From Schmidtea polychroa (lineage: Eukaryota), in the NCBI GenBank assembly GCA_044892525.1, contig CM097886.1, positions 59,520,001 to 59,584,000 of the forward strand: a DNA stretch of 64,000 bases, given 5' to 3'. Position numbers and translations under genes: made by a program. This document shows, piece by piece, positions 1-10,500 of the stretch (position 1 is its first letter; each line of letters begins with the position of its first letter). The notes beneath the pieces were generated by a model, which saw only the letters and a program-made list of their open reading frames with translations, made no database searches and had not been told where the DNA came from.

Positions 1-525
1 TGAAGAATTGGAAAAAGTCTTAAGAAGGGGAGAGTTACATATCTTTTTGTTTTAATAATTGGAATTGGCGGTTTTTGTGAAAAATTAAAACTTTTTATTT
101 AGAAATCCTTTGATTAAATATATATTGTTGGTTTACAGATTTTTGCTGAGAAATTTAAAGATAGATTTAAAATTGGATTTAACTGTTGTTTAATGATTAA
201 TTTTATGCAATAAATTTTAATTTCCTTTGGAATTTTATTTATCTCCAATTGAATTTCGACTAAATAGCAATGCTAAATAGAAAAAATTGGTTTTGCAATT
301 GAAAACTAAATTAATATAAATGAAATCATGAAGGAAAATAAATTAAAAAGTGAAAAGATAAACGATATTACTAACATTTTTCAATTAAAATTTCTCTTAT
401 ATTTTTGATTAAAATAAAAGTTAAGATCAAAATTATTTTAAATTTATGCAGTTTCAATCCAACATTGTAAATTTGTTTATATTTATCAATTAATTTTTTG
501 TCATATCTACAATAAAAATCACATT

Positions 526-1482
526 ATGTCCAGATTATTTAATATCGATGCAAGTACTAATCTTTCTTTAAAAGAAAAGTTGAAACAAGTCATGATGAGT
601 ATAAAAAGACTAATTACGCCTCAAATGTTAAATGTATTCGGTATTTTGTGTTCATTTTATTTTATGTCAGTTTGGCCAATTATTAATTTATACGTTTTAT
701 TTGATTACTATTCATCTTCTGATTTATGGCGTAGGTTATTTACAATAGTATTCATTTTATTGGAAATTGTGTTGAACTATGTAAAATGTTTAAAAGTTCA
801 TAAAGACATTGTTTTTTGTTCTCGTTGTTTTGCCAATGGTATTTCTCAGAATCCGCCTGAACCACCGAAAAGATTTATGGGTTACGAAATATGTAATAAA
901 TGGAAATTTTGCATTTCTTGCACTGCGTTAGCACCTCCGAGAAGTTCTCATTGCAAAGTTTGTCAAGTGTGTATTCTCAGAGGCAATCATCATTGTTATC
1001 TAACCGGAAGATGTGTCGGATATACAACGAAACGAAGATTCATTGTTTTGTGTTTTTATTCGATCTTCGGTTGTTTATATACTACTTGGAACATCGCCGG
1101 TTTTCTCAGTAAACATTATTTTCCTTTGGATTTTCAATCCGTTAATACTTTAAATTACGTTCTTCCGACACCATTCATCACATTTTTTTTCTCTTCACGA
1201 ATTACGATTTTGTTTCTTTTCTTTTTGACTAATGCCTATGTTTCTTTCTTTCTAACTTTGTTTGCCATATTTCATTTCGTTCTTCATTCGATTCTCACAT
1301 TTACCGGCCAGACATTTCATGAAGGATTCAATTTAATAAGATGTTACCAAAGAGATCTAAACTTTCATATTAAATCGGTTTTTGGGAAGTATTTCCTCAT
1401 TCACTTTCTGTGGCCATTTGAAACGGAGATTACCGGAGATGGCTACCATTGGCCGTTAAGTCAAAAGAGTTCAGTACAATGA
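526..1482 (+). CDS. zDHHC-family palmitoyltransferase (ZDHHC22/24-like), intronless, catalytic motif reads NHHC
   Basis: 318-aa ORF with hydrophobic TM segments, the Cys-rich domain CISC...PPRSSHCKVCQVCILRGNHHCYLTGRCVG, a QTFHE (TTxE-like) motif and a C-terminal SVFG...FLWP (PaCCT-like) motif. Confidence 0.9.
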   Translation: MSRLFNIDASTNLSLKEKLKQVMMSIKRLITPQMLNVFGILCSFYFMSVWPIINLYVLFDYYSSSDLWRRLFTIVFILLEIVLNYVKCLKVHKDIVFCSRCFANGISQNPPEPPKRFMGYEICNKWKFCISCTALAPPRSSHCKVCQVCILRGNHHCYLTGRCVGYTTKRRFIVLCFYSIFGCLYTTWNIAGFLSKHYFPLDFQSVNTLNYVLPTPFITFFFSSRITILFLFFLTNAYVSFFLTLFAIFHFVLHSILTFTGQTFHEGFNLIRCYQRDLNFHIKSVFGKYFLIHFLWPFETEITGDGYHWPLSQKSSVQ

Positions 1483-2664
1483 TAGAAATTCCACAGCTCA
1501 ATTGTGATATAATATCTGCTTTTTCTCGATAAAAATATTAAAAATTATTATTATTAATTTTTCAAATCTATTGCTTTTTGAACAATGGTGTCGGTAAATT
1601 TAGGTTCCCACCAAAGCGCATATTCAAATGGACTCGGTTTATAAAACAGTTTATTATTTTTTCGTGACTTAATAGATTTTGATGTATTTTATGAATATAT
1701 TAGAATTTATTTTCATTTACACTTTTATATACTTTATATAATATACTTTTATTACGTAACAACCTTGTAATATTTCAAGATGCCAGTAAAAAGTTTAGTT
1801 ATTAATTTGAGAGATGCTCCACTCTATAAAAACAAATGTATACTTACATTTGGTTCAGATTAACGGTATTCAGCCTAAGTACCGTGAACTCTATAAAAAA
1901 TAACTTAATTCTTTTATTTCAAATTATCTTCCGACCTTGAAATGATTTTTTTCAACTTCAAAATTATGTTTTACAATTCATATTATCAAAAAAGTGGGTT
2001 TTATTTTAGAGGTATTAATTAAAATTTAACGATTTTGATTTAGAAATATTTTACACCATTAGAAACAACAATTAATCATTAACATCAGTGCCAATACGAG
2101 CTCTAGGCGAATATTGCTCCTACTTAGAGTGCCGAAACAATGATCATTTTTAAAATACAAATTTTCGAATTTTGACTATTTATTAGATATTTTCCTATAA
2201 TTTATTTTAATTTTTAGTAATGATAATTAATTTGTAATAACTATAAGGGTAGCTGGAAATATTTGTTGTTCTTTTCAATAAAAATATTGTTACAAAATTT
2301 ATTATATCGCTGTAAAAAACTGATTGGTTTCTTAATGTATACAATTTTTTTGTTCTTCTCTAGGACGCAAGTTTTGATCATCCCTCCTTTGATTAGCATA
2401 TCGACTTTACCAGATCTATGCGTCTGCGTGTGATCAGGCCAAGATCCATAAGTGCGCACATTAAAAGGTTAATTAAATTTTTTTTCAATACTTGTGGCAA
2501 TAGCATTTAGAACATTGAATTTATAATCTAAAGATCTTATAACCAATACTTCACAGAAAATTCTTTTCCAACAGTTACTAAAATTTTAAAAACAAATTGT
2601 TTGTGAAGTTATTTTTTAGTTATTTTTGTAGTTTTAGTTTTTATTATTTATTGTTTTTATTTAA

Positions 2665-2918
2665 CCCCCCAGAGGGCGCGTTGGGTCTCACAGACCCAGC
2701 CGATCTTTTTTTGCGTAAGAATTCTTATTCTATTTCCGAATATGCCACCGTTGATGAAATGTTAGCTGGTTTTCGAGGAAGATGCAGTTTTCGAGGAAGA
2801 TGCAGTTTTCGACAATATGTTCCATCTAAACCTGATAAATATGGGATCAAGCTTTTTGCTTTAGTGGATGCACAAATTTTCTTCACAAGTAAGATTTTTT
2901 AGCGCGCGCTTTGCAGGG
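2665..2918 (+). mobile_element. 254-bp internally deleted piggyBac element
   Basis: TTAA at 2661-2664 and 2919-2922; CCC...GGG ends with imperfect 18-bp TIRs (13/18). Internal transposase fragment [36 protein letters not shown] with an 18-bp tandem duplication at 2771-2806. Confidence 0.85.
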
Positions 2919-3122
2919 TTAACACAAACATAATTAACACTGTCAACGCTATTTTTATACCTTTGATATTAAAATTAATTTTTGGCAATTTTAATATGCT
3001 CAAATAGAAGCTGGTTTTGCTTGATAAATTTAATTTTTGAAAAAAATTATATTTTTATCCACAATATTTTGGAAAAAGTGGAAATTTGTGAAATCGGTAA
3101 TAATACAATGTTTTATCCTTAA

Positions 3123-3240
3123 ACCGCAATAGGTTTATTATCTTATGTAGTGTATAAGTTATCAAGTTATGGGTGCAATGCCACATACACGGAAGCGACT
3201 TTCCATCATCTAAGCACACGGCTTCAAAAACAACCGATTG
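3123..3240 (+). mobile_element. Degenerate Penelope-like GIY-YIG endonuclease remnant
   Basis: Manual translation TAIGLLSYVVYKLSSYGCNATYTEATFHHLSTRLQKQ aligns with TPVGLRSDLVYQFTCNGCNATYIGEASRHLCTQVQE of the PLE fragment at 45738-46178. Confidence 0.75.
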
Positions 3241-3389
3241 AAAGGTGTGACTCATATTTTAGGTCATAGAAAAATGTGCAAAGGCGCAACTGACTTAAAA
3301 GATTTTAAAATTTTATATAAAAGAATTATAGAAGTCATAACTATGAAGTCATTATTGTTTCCGTATAGATTTTGATGTAGATTATGATG

Positions 3390-3430
3390 CCAGACTGATG
3401 ATGAAGATAATTTCCTTGAAATATATTTTA
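3390..3430 (+). ncRNA. Minimal hammerhead ribozyme-like motif (family C, C3-G8 core)
   Basis: CTGATGA at 3395-3401, weak stem II, GAAA-TA-TA at 3418-3425; lies downstream of the GIY-YIG remnant. Confidence 0.5.
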
Positions 3431-3574
3431 TTTGCTTAGCATTTTAATGTATTTAACTTTATGTTATTTATCACGTAGCATATGATTAGCAAAAGCAATT
3501 AGTAAATGATATAATATGTTATTTTTTATTATCCGCAAATGTTTATTATAAAAATACAACTTTCATTAAATGCA

Positions 3575-3622
3575 TAGTAACTTGAAGATGACATATATTC
3601 TGTCGAAATATATTTGTTGCAG
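3575..3622 (+). ncRNA. Minimal hammerhead ribozyme-like motif (family C, U3.G8 core)
   Basis: TTGAAGA (3582-3588), T, stem II GAC/GTC, GAAA (3605-3608), palindromic ATAT stem III, A17; GTAAC/GTTGC flanks could form stem I. Confidence 0.6.
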
Positions 3623-4579
3623 CAATGAATTATCATATCATTCATTAATTAATTTTGCGAATAGATGGCGCTACCAGGAAATCATCGTTTTATATCATAT
3701 GAACATCAATAAAATAAAAAGAGGTTACCTTTGAGTAAATTAATTCACCTATTCATTTAAGAACATCTACTTTTCTTAAATACTGGTAGAAGAGTGTGTT
3801 GTTGAGGATAAAAGTCTAATTAATTCACCCAAGTTCAGTATCAATTCCATCTCATTATATATTCAGTATTACATCTTTTTTGGCTTTTTTACATAGGGTT
3901 TGAATTATTATGAAACAACATGACTTCACCGATCTATTAAATATTTCTGGATTATTATTATGAAGTCATTTTTCATTTCTAGTAATAATCATTAAAGAAA
4001 GCATTTTGTCTATGTCGTCAAAAGTTACAAGCTCCAATTCAGCTGTTCAGTATAGTTCTTGTTCAAAGTCTACTTGACATCCATTTCGAACATGTCGAAT
4101 TTTATTCATAGCGTTAAAAATCCCTTTCAACGTTTTCAGTGAGATTTTGTGAGGCCTTCATAATGTAAGGGATGAAGTTATACATTTTGGACTAATTTAG
4201 GTTTTTTGTTCTTTGCATATTTTCTATCTCAAACTCACATTTTTAACTGAGTAAGACAAGTACTAACATTAGATATACTAAAAGCTACTTTCTTAAAACT
4301 TTGTGGATTTTAGGTTCCATATTTCAACAGAGAAATAAAGACCAATAGCTTTCACTCCATTTGGACCACAATCAAGATAATTTGAATTTATAAATTTTCA
4401 AAATTTTCTTATTTCACTTAATTCATCGCAAAAGGTAGCTTCATATTTTTCTATATAAAAATAAAACCAGTAGATATAAAAATAAAATAATTCACAATTA
4501 TATTCAAAAACATTTAACCGAAACCCTTATTAAAAACATAAATATAAAACCCTGAAACCATAAAAAATAATACAATCAT

Positions 4580-7500
4580 CTAAAAACAGCTGTCTAAATA
4601 AAATCGCTCTTTAGAAATGGAATGGCAAGGTTTGGAGGAAAATTCTGATTTTGGAGATAAAGATTTCTCTAGTAACGAAATTTGATTGTTATTCAGTCGA
4701 ACTGGATTTGGTTCCACCAGTGGCTGACCGGCTAGCTTCAATAAATTATTACTTATATCTTCAGCCCTTCGGTCATTATTGTCCATTATTATCCATTCTT
4801 CTTCACTCAATTCGGTTATGTTTATTTCCTTATCGTTTGGAAAAATAGTTTCATCGATTAAATTTCCATTTTCGGAATCAGCATTTTCGTCTAGAAGTTT
4901 TGAGGAATCTTCAAAGCTTGCTTTAGCGGCTTGAATGGACTTGAATTTAGACCTGTTGATTCGAACCCCGTGAACTCGCGTCATGTGTCGTTCTCTATTG
5001 GACTTTGTTGAAAAACATTTGGTACATCTCGTGCATTTGAAAGGTTTGTGGGCTAAAATAAACTAATATTTAATGTTAGTAATTTACCAGCCACAAATCT
5101 CTTTATAAAAAATATCGCAAATGGTAAATTTTGTCGGGTCATTAATGTCAATGATAAAATTTAATATATATAAGAAATAAAAAAGTGAGGGTCGCCCCAT
5201 TTACATGAGTTCTAAAACATCGACTTTTAAAACATAGATTGCTATAAAATCGAATTAATTTGTAAGTAATGAATAATTAAGGTAATTTTTATTTAACTAA
5301 TAATACTTAACTATTTTTATTTTTTTTAAAAATGTTAGATTAAATATTTCCTAAAACCATCTAGCATCAACACTAAAAAATTACCAATAAGTTTAATTGT
5401 TTTAGACACCAAATTTTACCTAAATAAAATCATTAAAACTCAAGACCAGTACTCTTACGACCAGTACCCATAAGGGGACAAAAAATCAGATATATATAAT
5501 ATACGCGACTACGGGAATAGTTTTTTGAAGCAGATTTTAGGAGAGCTGAAATTTTTTACAGTCGATGTATAAGGATATATCAGTATTCGATGTCTTTGAC
5601 AGTCGATGTTTTAGAAATCGATGTTTTAGGGGTTCGCCAAAAAATTGATATCCTAAATTTATACATTTACTGCAATCAAAAACAAACCATAATAGAAAAA
5701 ATTAGGACTTTGTTGAAAAACATTTGGTACATCTCGTGCATTTGAAAGGTTTGTGGGCTAAAATAAACTAATATTTAATGTTAGTAATTTACCAGCCACA
5801 AATCTCTTTATATAAAATATCGCAAATGGTAAATTGTGTCGGGTCTTTAATGTCAATGATAAAATTTAATATATATAAGAAATAAAAAAGTGAAGGTCGC
5901 CCCATTTACATGAGTTCTAAAACATCGACTTTTAAAACATAGATTGCTATAAAATCGAATTAATTTGTAAGTAATGAATAATTAAGGTTAGGAGAGCTGA
6001 AATTTTTTACAGTCGATGTATAAGGATATATCAGTATTCGATGTCTTTGACAGTCGATGTTTTAGAAATCGATGTTTTAGGGGTTCGCCAAAAAATTGAT
6101 ATCCTAAATTTATACATTTACTGCAATCAAAAACGAACCATAATAGAAAAAATTAATTTATATAAAATATAAAATCTCACGATTTCAAATTTATTTTCAA
6201 ATTCACGTAACATTTTTTTCAAAATTCAAAAAGCCAATAAGATTTCAAGTTTTAGTACACACAACTTTAAATGTGTGATTTATTAAAAACATCTTTCGTG
6301 GTCGTTCGAGTATTAATAAAATTCATGAATTACTAATTTTATTACGTTCCAAAAATATATCTATAAAAACAATCCTTTTTTAAACAAATACTAATAATAA
6401 ATAATAAGTATTTTTAATTACATTCATAAACTTAACAAAATTAATTTTCTATTCATTCAATCAAACCAATTACCCAATCATACTGTATTTAATTATTTAT
6501 TAAAAATTATGAAATATTATAAAAATTTTAGTGTTCTAAAATTTACGAAAATTTTTATAAAATTTTTTTTTATTTTGAGTTTTAGCTCATGCACCAAAAC
6601 TCAATAAAAAGCATTTTCATCGACAATGAGTATATTCGCCAAGTTTCAGCTCAATCAGATGACTGGGAGTTAGTTAATTAGTCTCGCAAGATTTGCGTGC
6701 CACATTTAATCAATTTCTGCGAAGTTAATATAAAAAATTAAAAAATACACTTATTTTTAGACATAATTACTGATGGAAAATAAAATAAATTTATACACAC
6801 AATCGAACATGCAAAATAAACCCATGATAAAACTACACACATATAGACAATTATTAAGTCCCAGGAATTATTATGAAGATAATTTTTAGAAAAGTTAAAG
6901 GGAAAAATCATACAAAAATTATACAAATTTGTTAGATTAAAAAACCGAATTTTTATTTACTATTTCGTTAATTTTCTTTCTTTAGACACGTTACTTTATA
7001 TTTAACACAAAGTTTTGACAATGAATTTTTTAAATGTTGTTTTAATTTATAATTCTTACCTGTATGAGTCAGAATATGCCTCATTAAAGAACTATTCCAT
7101 GGAAATTTCTGAGCACATCCTTCCATTGGACAAGTTATCAATTTTGGAGCATCTTTATATGAATTTTTCTTTTTATTGGCTATATTGTATTTTAACTTCA
7201 TATCTTCCAATAATGGATTTGAATTAACAAAATCAGATGTAATAGATTTAGATGATAAATTCTCAATAGCATTCTTAGCTATGGCGTCAATTGTAGCACT
7301 TACGCAGGTTTTTGTTGAAAGGTTAGTAATTTGCGGGTGACTAATATCTGATTTTGGTGAACGGGAATCTAAATGGATCATGTTATTATCGTTGAAGTCA
7401 AGTTTATTCAGTCCATTCCAATCGGGTTTGAAAGAACTTGACAAGGATATCGGTGAAGCAGTGAGCAGAGGAGAAGAAGATATGAATTGGTTAGTAGACT

Positions 7501-10500
7501 GGAATGATTGGATCGCAGCTGTAATAGGTGATATTTTTGACAAGAAGGATTTCCCAAAATTCCATTGTGAGGCGCGATTTGTAGAGAAATCGAGAATATT
7601 GTCTGAAATCTTTTGCTCAAAGTTTTGATTGATATAATTGAGTTCGAATTTATCTACTTGAATTCCCTTCATTTCTGATTGAGTAACGAGACCTTCTGAA
7701 GGTGACACAAGTGAATAAGGGGTATTAGTAGATTTGATACAAAGATTTAAAGGCTCAATAATTGGGGAAGACTGAGAACTGATGTTGTAAATATGTTTCA
7801 TATGGGACTTTTTGATATGACGAATAAATTTAATTTTTGATCGAAATTTACAGTTGCAAAATTTAAAAATGCAATACTTTAGTTCTTTCTTGTTGACCTC
7901 ATTGCAATTTCTAAAAAGAAGAGAATAATTAAGTCATCATTCACTTAAAGATACATTTCAACATGAATTTTAACTTAGGCATAAGTTGCGGAAATGAAAA
8001 TTTGAAGAAAGCATATTATCTTTATATGAAAAGGCGCATTTTACGGTAGCAAAATGATTATTTTTGTAAAAAATAGTCAACTAATATATTTTATCTTTAT
8101 TTCATTTTCGCCTATTTAGTCTATTTAGTCTATTTAGTGAACTTAAGCAGTGTGAAACTTCCATATGTGGAACAGTCCATATGTTTAAAGATTTTAAAAC
8201 AATTATCAGTTGATAAGAACTTTGATCAAATTAAATAAAAATGATTATTGAAGGTAAAATAGAATATGCGATAATCAAAAAATCAACAAAATTGTCTAAA
8301 ATTAGTGATTAAAAATTAAAAAATATATATTTAGAATCATTTTTTCTATTAAAGCGCTAGGCATTTGTTGCACCGTTTCAATATTTCAAGTTTCATTAGA
8401 ATAGAGTTAATATTTAATAGTTAGTTCCAGACTAACATTATCCTGTTTGAAGCCATGGAAAAAAACCCCATATCCATTTATTATTATTTAATAACAAAAA
8501 AATTTCATATTCTATATAAATTTATAGATTACGATTTTTAAATTAAAGCAAAATTTTTGTTCTGTGCAAGTCAACGACCACAAAGTAACATGTTTGATTG
8601 ACAAGGACTATCGTATAGTCGAAAATTCTTTCATTAAATACATTATTTGCAGCAAAAGGCTTAAATTATCATTTTATTGTTTTAAATAATAAATGCTGCT
8701 ANNNNNNNNNNNNNNNNNNNNNNNNNNNNNNNNNNNNNNNNNNNNNNNNNNNNNNNNNNNNNNNNNNNNNNNNNNNNNNNNNNNNNNNNNNNNNNNNNNN
8801 NNNNNNNNNNNNNNNNNNNNNNNNNNNNNNNNNNNNNNNNNNNNNNNNNNNNNNNNNNAAAAGTTGATCGATGAATCTGAAGTGCATTGAAGAATGCACA
8901 ATTTCTGCACAATTAATTTGAATTAAAATGGATTTTATCTGAATAATGGAGTGATTTTATTTGTTGGTTTCCCAATGAGAAAATTAAATTTCTGTTTGTT
9001 TGAAATTTTCTATCGTTTGAAAATGTTCCCAGTTGAAGGAATCAATTACGTGATTAATGCATACAAATGTTGGTTAGTGTGAGAAATGGGAAATTTCAAT
9101 ATTAATTTCCCCAAAAAATAATCGATCGATACCGATGATTGATTGAGTTGATTTATTTTTAGATATCACTATGAAGGAATCGCTTCTTTTTCTGAATGCC
9201 TAATTTACTTTCAAATTATGCGCATTATTTCATTAACATAAATTGTGTTGGTACACTTAAAAAATTTGGATTCTAATTCTATAATTAATGGCATTTGTAG
9301 AATTTTGGAATGCCTGAAAGCTTCCATCATTTGGGGAGCAGCAATTGTGGGATTTTCCTGTTAAGTGCGCTTTATTAATATAAAATAAAAAATTATCATT
9401 TTTTCATTCAATAATATTTTCTATTTTATAAATTCTTGATAAAATTTTATTAATAATTTAACAAATAAAAACCTTTTTGATTTTATACCAAAAAATTCGA
9501 TTTTCAATCTTCAAATATATTCTAATTTGTTTGCTTTAATTTTACTTTTAAAAACGTATTTTTCTATTTGTGTAAATAAATTTTTTGAAAAATTGGATAA
9601 TGTTGTCATTTTTTGTGATTTTATTTTTTTGGTAAGTTTTTTCGATTTTGTACAGAAAGGTAATATGAAATTGACAAAATGTAATATTTAATGAATATTA
9701 TTATTATAATTTATTTCCGTCTTCTTCGCCTTTGATTCGCTTATATTTACAATTTAATTCACCTTTATTCCGTTTTTGAATAAAGATAAGGAGTTGGCAA
9801 ATTTATGAGATGAAGGAGCCAAACTTATCTCTCACAACAATTAAAAAATAAATATGTTTTTGCAATAAATAAAAATATAGAGTAAATTTATAGCAAATTA
9901 TAATATTAAATTTTATTTTTTTATTAAGTGAAGAAATAATTCAACAAAGAGGTACATGTGGCTTTCAAGTCGTTGTTTGCTGATATCCCTGCTATAATTT
10001 TAACTGACAAATTGACCTATATTTACAAATATTTAATCTATTTTTTTTATTTAAAATAATTTAAAATAAATTTATTGTTTTATGAATAATTTTAGAGAAC
10101 TTTGCTTTTCTTAAAACAAATTTATTTTGGTCTTTATGAAAAATATTGAAAAGGATAATGCACTCATCAGCTTTTAAAATTCATGATAGCGTATATGTTA
10201 ATAATATTCAAAGCAATAAAGTTTTGGTGAAGACATCGGTATTATGGTTTAATTTCAATTATATTAAATTAGTAAACACCATGCTGTAAAGTCACAGTCA
10301 AAAACTGAGTCTATTGAAGTCCATAATTTAATGTCATGTAACAGGATATAAAGGAACAAGTTCCGAAGACAAACAACTATATAGGAAGCAGATTGACTCA
10401 GAAAGTAGCATTAAATACATAAATATTAATTTATGCTACGATATGTGGCATATACATCAATTAAGAAAGATGTTGGTAATATTTAGGTTGAATTCATGTT

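Noticed and set aside
2075-2145. GCCGAAAC with nearby hairpin, hammerhead-like
   Set aside because: The 5' core box and stem II partner are missing.
3055-3255. Minus-strand ORF with a Cys/His cluster resembling a piggyBac C-terminal domain
   Set aside because: The plus-strand translation matches a Penelope GIY-YIG segment in this window much better.
5538-5640. Spaced TCGATGT(T) repeats suggestive of an array
   Set aside because: Units are 7-9 bp, irregularly spaced, with no constant repeat or unique spacers. Not CRISPR; more likely transposon subterminal motifs.
7015-7628. Plus-strand and alternate-frame ORFs overlapping the large RREB1 exon (and similar antisense ORFs over the gypsy, hAT and PLE genes)
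   Set aside because: Shadow frames of real coding sequence with no recognisable motifs.
8674-8912. ORFs spanning N runs (also at 26044, 30249, 41171, 42551, 52366-53198, 53524)
   Set aside because: They are open only because unknown bases contain no stop codons.
8860-9360. Possible additional RREB1 exon (about 48 open codons on the minus strand)
   Set aside because: No zinc-finger motif or clear splice sites, and exons 22876 and 7910 already join in phase.
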